A DNA stretch of 64,000 nt from an uncultured Planctomycetales bacterium (GTDB lineage: Bacteria > Omnitrophota > Gorgyraeia > Gygaellales > Profunditerraquicolaceae), in NCBI GenBank assembly GCA_964645795.1, contig CAZYCL010000002.1, positions 80,352 to 144,351 of the forward strand, read 5' to 3'. This document shows, one piece after another, positions 45,849 to 55,114 of the stretch (its first letter is position 1; the number at the start of each line of letters is the position of its first letter). The position numbers and the translations under genes are program-made. The notes under the pieces are model-generated. The model did no database searches and was not told the origin of the DNA. It worked only from the letters and a program-made list of their open reading frames with translations.

Positions 45849-48800
45849 TTAGAGCGAATCTACGATGACCAGCGCCTCTTTAAGGGCGTTATCCACTGGC
45901 TGCACAGCCTCTTCCTGAAGCCTACAGATACGCATTAAACAGCTCATTAACTCTTCCTGATGACTAACCAGCTGCTTTTTGTGATAGCAGGCAGCGATCA
46001 GCTCTTTGACCCTCTCACCGGAAGGGGCAATACCGCGCTCTACCATCAGGTTTATATCTTTTAACTCCTTATCTACGTTAATTGAGGCTAACCCCGCAGG
46101 CCTGGGCAGGGCAAAGCTTAAGCCGCAGAAACCTCCCATGGGCTTGCAGGTCATGGGAAGGGCGCGGAAGTCAATTCCTCCCAACTTTTCTTCGGGGGAA
46201 TTGATGCCGCCGGGGTTAAGGGGAGAACTAGACTCCTCTTCTTGCTGCCTCTGGATACCCGTGCGAACTTTGTTTTCGCTTCCAGAGGAAGATTCTCCTT
46301 CCTCAAGCACGATTGCCCCATTCAATCCTTGCAATCTTCCTCGCCAAAAGACCTGCCTGTCACTGTTGAGGGAAACAATTATATCGTAAGACTTCTTATC
46401 ATAATTAATCTCATTGTTTATTTTAGGAGGCCGCGCCTTAAATTCTACCCTTTCCTGCTTTCCGGAGATCACCTCTTCTATGGCACGGATAATTTCATTT
46501 TTAAGTAATGGCTTGCCGGCATCATCTACTATGTGCCACCGCTTGTAATAGATATCATCTAAAACCTCAGCTGCTTGCTGCACCGGCGAGCCAGAAACTG
46601 AATTTTCAATCGCGGGGATATGGATCAACCCTTTACCGGAATAAATGCTCATTCCGGTTTCTGAGGCCTCATTTAAACCATTCACCAACTCTATAGCTTC
46701 TTTTATCTGAGATTCAGTGACCCTGAATTCTTTCTTTAGCTCTTCGATATGCAAAACTGAACCAGGAGTTGCTCCTATAAGTTTATCTGTCAACGCTGCC
46801 CTGCCGCGCGAAGAATTACCCTGCACCGGAGAGCTGGAACGCGCCAGGATCCTTAGACTGTTTCGGTCGATCCGGTTAAGAAACTCTCGAAATTTCTTAA
46901 TTGTACTTTCAGGAAAATTAAGCTTATGCATCTCATCGAATACTACATAACCATCATCCCCAAGCTCCATCAAAGGGAATCTTATATTATCTGACGCCCT
47001 CCCCAGATAAAGTATGTACCCGGCAGCCAGTATCTCCAAACGGCTTACTTCTGATGAACCCTTATTTTTGTACTCATCAGGAATACCTACATAAGGATTA
47101 TTAACGACTTCCCTGATGCCCTTCTGTGCCTCAGGGGTAAGCATGTAATATTTTAATACTCCACTCTTATCTTTTCTTAATAACCACATGATGCTTTGCA
47201 GGATCTCAGAATACCTCAGCCAGGATTTTTCTGAGTAAATCAAACCTGACTTTCTGGAGCGGGCCCAAGAAACCCCAATTATCTTCAAAGCCCTTTCTTG
47301 TTCTTCTAAAGTAAGAAAACCCCAATTTTCATTAATGGACTTTATCTCTTCACAGGAAACGGTGATCTCAATCCGTTCTTTAAAATTAGCCTCCAGCTTC
47401 CTCAAGTCTTTCTTCACCTTGTTATAGATTATAGGGCTAGAGGTATTTATAACCGGCGAGCTTTGGCGCGCCTGTGTGTTTGTTCCCTGCACCGGCGAGC
47501 TGGACACTTCTTCATAGTTTGTTAAATCTTCTGTTCTCGTGTTTCTCCAAACGGGATCATGCCAGGTCCTGACAGCCTCAAATTCTACTTTCGTTTTATT
47601 GCAAAGGAGCAAATTTGCAGCTACTTGGCGATACTGGCGATTATTGACGAAATCCCCTCCCGAATCATCTGACCTGTAATAATCCGCCGTTTCCAGAAAA
47701 TCATCTTTGAGCAACTTAATATCGTTTTTATTAAGCTCTATGATCTTATTTTGCTTTCTTAATTCCTTGGAGAGCTCTAGTAAAGCAGAAATAAGGTGCG
47801 GGATATCGTCACGGAATGTAAAATCGTTTCGATTCTTAACCAACTCCCTGTAAAAAGAAAACAGCTTGCCTATCAACTCGCTTGTTTCCGGAATATCAAT
47901 CAGGGATGCACGAAGCAGATAAAACGCTTCTAAAACCTCTCCCATGCGGCGATGATCGTCAAAGCCGTAGCGCTCGCTGTAACTGGGATAATGTCTCATA
48001 TCCAGATATTTATCAATCAGCTGCGATACAGCGGTTAGTTTCTCCTTTTTGGAAGCAGCAACATTATCTGCTATGCTTATGATCTCTCTAAGACTCATAT
48101 CCTTGGCGCTATCGATAGGCGAACTTTGGCGCGGCTTGTCCTTTGTATCCTGCTGCGATTCGCTGGAGCCGGATTCATCATCATCCGAATAGAGGGAAGA
48201 GTACAGATCCTCATCGTCCGTTTCTTCTCTTGGCTCCTCTGCGCTATCATCATCCTCCTGCCTGCCTTTACTGACCTCGTACTCTTCTAGCTCACCTGCG
48301 CTTTTTCTTATAGGGCTGGAAGAGATCTCGGTCTTTATGGTGTCCCAATCGCTAATAATCCCTGCCAGCCTTGTCTTGGCTTCTTGGATAACGGACTGCC
48401 CTGCAATATCATCCTTGGAAAGCTTCAAGAATGAAGCGTTAGCCTCAACGGAAGATATCAGCCTTTTAGCATCAAGGGTATTAAAATTATCCGAGATTAT
48501 ATAGTCGATCTCGTAAAGGCTGTCATCGTTGATCACCAGGCCTTCTTTTTGTTTAGGCTTATACTCGATTATCATGTCCTGAAGCACCATACCGGCCAGA
48601 TTGTCCTTAAAGGGGAGGTTCTTTATCCTTTTCATCAACCCGTCAAGCCTGCCGGCAACAGCTTCAATACCTTTAACCGGAGAACTGCCCGCGAGCATCC
48701 CCACTATATTTGAGGCGTTACCGACCTTCTTAAACTCATTTCTATCCAGCTTCACCGTCTTCCAGTCTTTCGCCTGGGCTTTAATGATCTCTTTTGGATT

Positions 48801-51236
48801 AGAGCTGATGAACAGGCAGTTTTGAGGACCGAGATCTTTTCTGTTTCCCAACAACATGGCTGCGGTGTGATTACCTATTGTTTCTACTCCGCTGGTAATA
48901 ACGATATAACGCTCGTTGCTGGCTGAGGCTTCGTTGAGATACTTTCCCGCAGGGGCCTGCGTATCTATTGCCTCCACAAAATAAGCGGGTAGAAAGGCCT
49001 TCTCAGAGACAGGGACAACTATTACCTTGATCAAAGACTCTTTCACTTCAGGCATAAGCGACTTAAATCCGGATAAAAGAGGACTCAGGTCTTTATTTTT
49101 GTTATAATCATCGACCAAGGCCGCTATTGTCTCCTCTGTAACTATGGGGCTGGAGGCGGCCGCCTTGATGGCCTCTTGGGCCAGACGCTCCTGCATATCG
49201 GTATCCCACCAAAAAGCTCCTATTTTAACGCCGGGGCCGCCGCTGTATTCGATATAGATAGCTGAGGTGTAACTTATGTTTAAAATGCTTGGGGCCAGGC
49301 TTCGGATGACCCTGTCAAGTTGAACGGAAGTATTTCTGTCGGACGAGGCTTTCTGGCGGGCCTTTAGAATATCATCCAATATGCCTTTGACAAAACCAGG
49401 GATATCCTTATCAGCGATCTTTGATCTGATATATCCCTGGATGATGCCGGCCATATAATCATAATTACCACGAGCATCTTTCAGCGCAGCCTGGATCGCC
49501 TTGCGGGCCGAGGCGAAATCCATATCCTTGCTTAAACTTAAAGGACTGGAAGAGATAATATTTTTGACTTCCGGCATGGCATTGCCGTTCCAGCTTATAA
49601 TAAAAGCATCCGTAGTATTGGATTCTTCGGGATCGTAATTGTTCACATGGATGCTATTGGGGCTATAGCTTATAGTAAAAGGAAGGCGCCTTCTGTCTTT
49701 AATTCTGGTGGCATCGAACATGCTGGCTTTCTGCGTTAATATACTTTTGCCTTTATTGGCCTCCTCCAGGTATAGCGCGCTGACCAGCGAATTGCCTCCC
49801 GCATTAACCGCAAAACCCCGCGTTATCAACTCCTGCCTGAGCAGATCATCAAACATCCGCGCCTTACGCACAAACTCCGGGCCGGCAATGGGGCTGCTGG
49901 AATCGTCATCATCCCACCAAACATCCTCATGGTCCGATTCGTCTTCGCTTCTGTCCGGCGCTTCAGGCTCCGGGATCACCCCATCTTCGGGATTGATATT
50001 CGGGAACTTAGGCTCTTCATTGTTTTCTCCCTCGGTATTAGAAGGACGAAAACCGAGAGGGCTGGAACCGATCTTTACGCTTGCCAGCGGGTTTCCCGCC
50101 GTAGCGGGCACAGAAAGATGAACGAGCCCGGTATTAGCGGCAGGCGGGACCAACGCTGCCTTGCCGCTAAAAACATTGAAGATGCTGATGGGGCTGGAAA
50201 AAGACATGTTCTTGCCGGTAAAATCTGCGCCGCCTGAAAAGTAACTCCTGATAGATGCCCCGGTAAGAGTGCTGACAGGGGTCTTAAGATTGTATTCTCC
50301 CTTGTTAAAAGAATCCTGGTATTGTTTAAAGTACTCTGTTTTCGACCAGCTTTGAGTTGAAGTAAGATCGGCCAAGTTCTGGCTATTAATATAGGAGGAG
50401 TACGTGCCGCCCTTGCCGTAGAACCTGGATTTGAACCAACGGGCCAGGATCAGAGAGTAGTAGACCTGTCTTAGCTTAGCATAAGACCTGGAGTTGTTTA
50501 CCTCTTTAGTCAGCTGGGGAATGATGAGCTCGCGGATGAGCCGGGATGAGTATTCATTGAGCTCTTTCTGCCTGGGATCATTGAACGAATAGACTGCCGA
50601 GTCCTTCAGATGGTCCTGTTCGAGCATTACCCTTAAGTTTGCTTTGTAGATATACGCGGAGTTTTCTGATTCACGGATGATTATCTCACCCGGCACGATC
50701 CAGGGCCGGGTGAGCGTAGGGATGGAGACGTTCTCCGTGCCAAAGAGCTCAGCTGCTTTCTTATAGAGCTTATCCCAGTAGAGCTTTCCGTTAGGAGTTT
50801 GTGGCGAGGTAAGACGCGCGGTATCTTTTTTAAGCTTGAGGTCTGCCCCTAACAGGATCTTTCCCACATCGGTGCGCGCCAGAAGACCGGAGATAATATT
50901 ATCTTCTGAGTCAGGCCTGAGATTCACCCAGAAGTTATCATCGCTTAAACTAACGCCTATAAAAAAGTATTTCAGGAGCTCTTGGCCGGAAGCCTCAATA
51001 GAGGCGTCCTTAGGCTGCTTAAGATCTCCTTTATCTAAAAGCAGGTTTATACTGTTCGAAGGCAGGTCATAGGAGAAGTATCTTAGGTGCGGCAGGCGGA
51101 ACTTTTCTACGCTTAAACGCGAGCCTAGCACTCCCATATGGGAGGCAAGATTCAGGTCTACGGCTACCTGGGCAAAGCCAAGTTGAGTGAAAGAAAAGAT
51201 GAAGACTAGCATTAGCGATACTATCTTCTTTGCCAT
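45849..51236 (-). CDS. Giant secreted protein of unknown function, about 1795 aa, with at least 13 copies of an S-S-P-[I/V/L] motif and poly-acidic tracts
   Basis: It is the longest ORF in the window. I place the start at the ATG at 51234-51236 (MAKKIVSLMLVFIFSFTQLGFAQ signal peptide), with the Shine-Dalgarno GGAGGG 6 nt upstream. The track's 51329 start has no RBS. No known domain signature was recognised. Confidence 0.8.
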   Translation of the reverse strand: MAKKIVSLMLVFIFSFTQLGFAQVAVDLNLASHMGVLGSRLSVEKFRLPHLRYFSYDLPSNSINLLLDKGDLKQPKDASIEASGQELLKYFFIGVSLSDDNFWVNLRPDSEDNIISGLLARTDVGKILLGADLKLKKDTARLTSPQTPNGKLYWDKLYKKAAELFGTENVSIPTLTRPWIVPGEIIIRESENSAYIYKANLRVMLEQDHLKDSAVYSFNDPRQKELNEYSSRLIRELIIPQLTKEVNNSRSYAKLRQVYYSLILARWFKSRFYGKGGTYSSYINSQNLADLTSTQSWSKTEYFKQYQDSFNKGEYNLKTPVSTLTGASIRSYFSGGADFTGKNMSFSSPISIFNVFSGKAALVPPAANTGLVHLSVPATAGNPLASVKIGSSPLGFRPSNTEGENNEEPKFPNINPEDGVIPEPEAPDRSEDESDHEDVWWDDDDSSSPIAGPEFVRKARMFDDLLRQELITRGFAVNAGGNSLVSALYLEEANKGKSILTQKASMFDATRIKDRRRLPFTISYSPNSIHVNNYDPEESNTTDAFIISWNGNAMPEVKNIISSSPLSLSKDMDFASARKAIQAALKDARGNYDYMAGIIQGYIRSKIADKDIPGFVKGILDDILKARQKASSDRNTSVQLDRVIRSLAPSILNISYTSAIYIEYSGGPGVKIGAFWWDTDMQERLAQEAIKAAASSPIVTEETIAALVDDYNKNKDLSPLLSGFKSLMPEVKESLIKVIVVPVSEKAFLPAYFVEAIDTQAPAGKYLNEASASNERYIVITSGVETIGNHTAAMLLGNRKDLGPQNCLFISSNPKEIIKAQAKDWKTVKLDRNEFKKVGNASNIVGMLAGSSPVKGIEAVAGRLDGLMKRIKNLPFKDNLAGMVLQDMIIEYKPKQKEGLVINDDSLYEIDYIISDNFNTLDAKRLISSVEANASFLKLSKDDIAGQSVIQEAKTRLAGIISDWDTIKTEISSSPIRKSAGELEEYEVSKGRQEDDDSAEEPREETDDEDLYSSLYSDDDESGSSESQQDTKDKPRQSSPIDSAKDMSLREIISIADNVAASKKEKLTAVSQLIDKYLDMRHYPSYSERYGFDDHRRMGEVLEAFYLLRASLIDIPETSELIGKLFSFYRELVKNRNDFTFRDDIPHLISALLELSKELRKQNKIIELNKNDIKLLKDDFLETADYYRSDDSGGDFVNNRQYRQVAANLLLCNKTKVEFEAVRTWHDPVWRNTRTEDLTNYEEVSSSPVQGTNTQARQSSPVINTSSPIIYNKVKKDLRKLEANFKERIEITVSCEEIKSINENWGFLTLEEQERALKIIGVSWARSRKSGLIYSEKSWLRYSEILQSIMWLLRKDKSGVLKYYMLTPEAQKGIREVVNNPYVGIPDEYKNKGSSEVSRLEILAAGYILYLGRASDNIRFPLMELGDDGYVVFDEMHKLNFPESTIKKFREFLNRIDRNSLRILARSSSPVQGNSSRGRAALTDKLIGATPGSVLHIEELKKEFRVTESQIKEAIELVNGLNEASETGMSIYSGKGLIHIPAIENSVSGSPVQQAAEVLDDIYYKRWHIVDDAGKPLLKNEIIRAIEEVISGKQERVEFKARPPKINNEINYDKKSYDIIVSLNSDRQVFWRGRLQGLNGAIVLEEGESSSGSENKVRTGIQRQQEEESSSPLNPGGINSPEEKLGGIDFRALPMTCKPMGGFCGLSFALPRPAGLASINVDKELKDINLMVERGIAPSGERVKELIAACYHKKQLVSHQEELMSCLMRICRLQEEAVQPVDNALKEALVIVDSL

Positions 51237-51294
51237 CTCAGACCCTCCATTTAATAAATCTTTCGCAAACTGTTTAACAATCAAAGACAAAAAA

Positions 51295-51339
51295 GGGAAA
51301 GAAATTGTCAGCAAAGGAAACCGTGGCAATTTCCTTCCC
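51295..51339 (-). promoter_or_regulatory. 13-bp stem hairpin (GGGAAAGAAATTG...CAATTTCCTTCCC) in the presumed 5' UTR of the giant gene
   Basis: The inverted repeat has one mismatch and a 19-nt loop. It lies 59-103 nt upstream of the start codon and just downstream of a 200-bp AT-rich island. Confidence 0.4.
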
Positions 51340-51556
51340 TTTAATGATACGAAACTAATATTATATAAAATTTAACATATATATCGCCTTTGTCAAGGCT
51401 GGAAAACGATTCTTGGCAGGAGATTTAGCGTAGAATGCATAATATGTTGGCATCCAATCAGTTACAGACTAAACAAAGTTTATATAAATATCAAAAATTT
51501 AAATATTTGAGAAATAAAATGAGAAATAAAAGGTGCCTGTTCTAAGGTTTCAGTGT

Positions 51557-51589
51557 TGGGGACGGTTCTCTTAAGAGAACCGTCCCCAA
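51557..51589. repeat. Palindrome TTGGGGACGGTTCTCTTAAGAGAACCGTCCCCAA (GGGGACGGTTC family), a probable terminator of the PGI-like gene
   Basis: It abuts the stop codon at 51591. It is preceded by CAGTGTT, which is the same junction as in the 43657 array. Confidence 0.8.
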
Positions 51590-51590
51590 T

Positions 51591-53681
51591 TTAGAAGGAT
51601 GCCTTGAGCAAAGATAAGCTTTGCGCAGTATCTGGCAATCTTAAGAAAACTCCTAAACCGCCTGCTTCCTGGCGTAGCTCGGTAAGGGCTTTAAATGAAG
51701 CTTCGGCAAAATAATCCCTGACCATATGCGAAGGTACGCCGTCTAAATATCCTTTGGCAAAACCTACTGCCGGATATGCATAGCCGAAGTCTTCAGGGAC
51801 AAAGGAAATAATTAAAGGAAGGAACCTTTGAGGCTTGGCAAGCACCTGCTGGTAACTGATGTGCTGGTCGCTGGTCCCTTGCATCACCCACTCCTCTCCC
51901 TTTCTTACCAGGTAGTCCCTTAGGCTATAGAACTTATCTGCCTCAAGATAAATAAACGGGATAAGCTTGCGGCCGGATTCACGGGTGATCATCTTTAGCT
52001 TGGTTACAAGCGAAACCAATTCCTTTTTGCCTTTAATGAGCTTTAAGGATTTAAGTTTATCGATATTTGACTGCACGGCTGCTTTCCCGGCCTGCTGCTT
52101 AATAAACGCCTCGGCCTCATCCACGGCTTGGGGCCTTGCGTTACGGGCTTCCTGAAGGGCTTTCAATTTTTTTTCAAGCAATCCTTTGCCCAGCTCAACG
52201 TATGGCTGGCGCAGGAAAAGATTCTGCTGGATGATCCTGGTAGCAGGATTAGCGGGGTCGTTTAAATCCACTGCCTCTGCCTTAAGGCCGGCTTTGCTAA
52301 GCGCGCGAGCAATAAGGCGCGTGCCTACGGTATTGGTCATGCCGTAGAAAGTACTGAACAACCTTGCAAGAAGCATTGCCAGCTCCTGTTTGGCGAGGCC
52401 CTTGAAATCATCGAGCTCGATATTAAAAACATTGGCAGCCTTAATGCTTCCTGCGGCCTTTATCCTGCTTAGGTTTATCATTAGCCTATTGGCCTTTTTG
52501 ACATAGCGCTGTTTTTGGCTGGGCCAGTCTTTTTCCCTGACAGCGATAAGATTTATGAAGCCGTCCTGCCAGATGCTCTCGTTGAAATTCTGCTCGATGG
52601 ATTTGCCGAACCAAAATAGATAATCGGGTAAAAGCAGCGCTATATCAGTTACTCCTTCATCGAGCATTTTGTTTCCCAGAATCACGCCCAGATGCTCTCC
52701 CCGGCGGATATCGGATATTGCCTGCCTTCGGCACTGCCAGTAAGCCGAAGCATCCAGATCGTAATAGGCCAGAAAGGTCATCATGTGCAGGTCCGCGGTC
52801 CAGCGGCCGCCTACGTTATCGAACATCGCCCCAAATCCAGGGGCATCATCGCCAAACTCCCTGTCTAAACCTGAATTCCTGATAAAAGCCGAAAGCCTTG
52901 AGGCCTGCGGCCTGTCGGTAGTCTCAAAGAACATATTCCCTAGCACGACAGCCAGTATCTGCCGCGTCTTTTCAACGGTTATGCTTATGCCGCATCGGGC
53001 GGCGGCATCTTTGACTTTTGCTACACTAAAACCCCTGAACAACTCCTCACTCTTGCGCTCGACTCCGTCAATAAAATTTATCTCATGCAGAAGGTCCAGT
53101 ACGGTCTCGGCGAACCTTTTACCGTCCACATCCATAACATATGCCACCTTCTCAAGCAGGAGCGCGAATATCTGGACAAATATAAGCATGGTTTCATCGG
53201 TTGAGCCGGATTTGGAGCTGGGGATAACTACGACCTGGTCCCATCCTATGCCAAGGCGCCTGACCTCATCTTCCATCGAACGGCGGTAGTCTTTGCCTAA
53301 CTCGTACTCACCGGTGATCTTTACCGAACCGCCATCCAGTCTCTCGAATGCCGAAGCGATCCCCTGAAATGGAGTATGTTGGCCGCCGATACCGGGCTTT
53401 ATAACATACCTTATCGGCCTGCCTATACGCTGCTGGCGCCGCCGGAAAAACTCTTTCATCCTGCGCACCCCGCTTAGGAATATCTCCTGGCCGCCGTCTG
53501 CGTAATAACCCTGATTGCCGCTGAAAGCGTGGGAGCCGTCAATGGCCGCACCCTCTGCCACCCCGTAGCCTGACTGGAGGTAGCCGCCGCTTAAGAATGT
53601 TGCCGCGGTATCCTTGTTACCCGCAGCGTATAGGGGGGCCGTAAGCTTCTCTCTGATGACCTGTGCCTGCTGTTTTTCCAT
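51591..53681 (-). CDS. Divergent glucose-6-phosphate isomerase (PGI/SIS superfamily) like protein with an extra C-terminal region
   Basis: 696 aa. It has the PGI-like motifs IKPGIGGQHTPFQG (GIGGS-like) and VVVIPSSKSGSTDETM (SKSGxTxET-like). It is about 150-200 aa longer than canonical PGIs. Confidence 0.5.
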   Translation of the reverse strand: MEKQQAQVIREKLTAPLYAAGNKDTAATFLSGGYLQSGYGVAEGAAIDGSHAFSGNQGYYADGGQEIFLSGVRRMKEFFRRRQQRIGRPIRYVIKPGIGGQHTPFQGIASAFERLDGGSVKITGEYELGKDYRRSMEDEVRRLGIGWDQVVVIPSSKSGSTDETMLIFVQIFALLLEKVAYVMDVDGKRFAETVLDLLHEINFIDGVERKSEELFRGFSVAKVKDAAARCGISITVEKTRQILAVVLGNMFFETTDRPQASRLSAFIRNSGLDREFGDDAPGFGAMFDNVGGRWTADLHMMTFLAYYDLDASAYWQCRRQAISDIRRGEHLGVILGNKMLDEGVTDIALLLPDYLFWFGKSIEQNFNESIWQDGFINLIAVREKDWPSQKQRYVKKANRLMINLSRIKAAGSIKAANVFNIELDDFKGLAKQELAMLLARLFSTFYGMTNTVGTRLIARALSKAGLKAEAVDLNDPANPATRIIQQNLFLRQPYVELGKGLLEKKLKALQEARNARPQAVDEAEAFIKQQAGKAAVQSNIDKLKSLKLIKGKKELVSLVTKLKMITRESGRKLIPFIYLEADKFYSLRDYLVRKGEEWVMQGTSDQHISYQQVLAKPQRFLPLIISFVPEDFGYAYPAVGFAKGYLDGVPSHMVRDYFAEASFKALTELRQEAGGLGVFLRLPDTAQSLSLLKASF

Positions 53682-53684
53682 AGA

Positions 53685-54623
53685 TTATTGCAGCTTCTTA
53701 AAGTTAAAGTAATCCCGGATTATATCTTTATGGTCAAAAGCAAAGCTTATTCTATCCAAATCCGCTTCTTTGATTATTCTGATATCAGCGGCATCGTCGC
53801 CTGCTTTGGGCACACCATGCGCCTCAGCAAAAAACACAGTACCTATGGTATGAAAGCGGGGATCCCTGGCAGGATCGGAGTAAGTGTGAAACTGCTTTGC
53901 ATCCGTTATATCAAGCCCGGTCTCCTCCTTTGCCTCTCTTGCCACCGCCTCTTCCAGGCTCTCGCCGTAATCGACAAAACCTCCCGGAAGCGCCCAGCCA
54001 AAAGGAGGGTTGCTCCTCTCGATCACCACTACGCCCCCGCCTATCTCGATGATCGCATCTACTACTATAAAAGGCCCGTTTTGCAGGACCTCCACCGCGT
54101 GCTTGAGGTAACTCAACAGGCTCTTCTCAAAGACCCTGAATGCCTCTTCATCATATAAACAAACGGTGATTTCTTTCAATGAACTTTTGCCGAACCTTGT
54201 GTGCCGGTAGATCTCCTGGGCCATGATCTTGGATGCGGCCAAAAGCGCAAATCCGCCTGTGCCGCAGCCTAACGCAGGAAACGCAACCGAGCTGACCTTC
54301 AGCTCCTCAGCGGCTCTCAGGGCACTACGGCAGGAGCTTCTGATCTTGATCTCATCGGTCTTAAAATCCATACCCATAGTAGCAGCGTGGATCACGTATT
54401 TAGCGGGGAGCTTTCCCGCCGACGTTGCCACAGACTCCCCGATCTCTATCGGCCCTTTTTTAACTGCTTCCTCTTCGATCTCTTTGCCGCCTTTTTTTCG
54501 GATGGCGCCGGCCACACCCCCTCCCATGACCAGCTTATTGTTGGCGGCGTTGACGATGGCGCCGACCTTGAGATCAGTGATATCGGCTTTAATGACTGTG
54601 ATTTCGGTATCTTTAATCTTCAT
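53685..54623 (-). CDS. Macro domain (ADP-ribose / O-acetyl-ADP-ribose binding) fused to a NUDIX hydrolase domain
   Basis: The Macro motifs are ADITDLKVGAIVNAANNKLVMGGGVAGAI and AFPALGCGTGG. The NUDIX box is GWALPGGFVDYGESLEEAVAREAKEETG. I place the start at the internal Met (MKIKDTEI, 54623). The track's 54686 start reads into the upstream repeat. Confidence 0.85.
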   Translation of the reverse strand: MKIKDTEITVIKADITDLKVGAIVNAANNKLVMGGGVAGAIRKKGGKEIEEEAVKKGPIEIGESVATSAGKLPAKYVIHAATMGMDFKTDEIKIRSSCRSALRAAEELKVSSVAFPALGCGTGGFALLAASKIMAQEIYRHTRFGKSSLKEITVCLYDEEAFRVFEKSLLSYLKHAVEVLQNGPFIVVDAIIEIGGGVVVIERSNPPFGWALPGGFVDYGESLEEAVAREAKEETGLDITDAKQFHTYSDPARDPRFHTIGTVFFAEAHGVPKAGDDAADIRIIKEADLDRISFAFDHKDIIRDYFNFKKLQ

Positions 54624-54626
54624 AAT

Positions 54627-54692
54627 GTTGTTGCGTGTTACGCGTTGTGTGTTACGAGCTAACACGTAACCCGTAACGCCAAACACGTAGCA
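54627..54692. repeat. GTTACG/CGTAAC-rich imperfect palindromic element, family member B
   Basis: GTTGTTGCGTGTTACGCGTTGTGTGTTACGAGCTAACACGTAACCCGTAACGCCAAACACGTAGC lies between the YjbQ stop and the Macro-NUDIX start. Confidence 0.6.
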
Positions 54693-54697
54693 AAATC

Positions 54698-55114
54698 TTA
54701 CTCTCCTATCACCTTAACTAGCACCCGCTTGCGGCGCTGGCCGTCGAACTCTCCGTAAAATATCTGCTCCCAGGGCCCAAAATCGAACTTCCCGCCGGTG
54801 ATCCCTACTACTACTTCCCTGCCCATGATCGTGCGTTTTAAATGCGCATCCGCATTATCCTCTCCGCTAAGGTTGTGCTGATACTTGTCTTTGCCGTAAG
54901 GGGCCAGCTTCTCAAGCCAGGCGCCGAAATCCTTATGCAGACCGCCTTCATCGTCATTAATGAAGACGCTGGCGGTGATATGCATGGCATTTACCAGGCA
55001 TAGGCCGTCCCGGACCCCGCTTTGCTTTACGATCTCCAGGACCTCAGAGGTGATATTGATAAACTCCTGGCGGTCCTTAGTCTCAAACCATAGGTATTTA
55101 GTGTATGTCTTCAT
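54698..55114 (-). CDS. YjbQ/UPF0047 family protein; paralog 2
   Basis: 138 aa with HLKRTIMG...[17 protein letters not shown], typical of YjbQ. Confidence 0.85.
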   Translation of the reverse strand: MKTYTKYLWFETKDRQEFINITSEVLEIVKQSGVRDGLCLVNAMHITASVFINDDEGGLHKDFGAWLEKLAPYGKDKYQHNLSGEDNADAHLKRTIMGREVVVGITGGKFDFGPWEQIFYGEFDGQRRKRVLVKVIGE

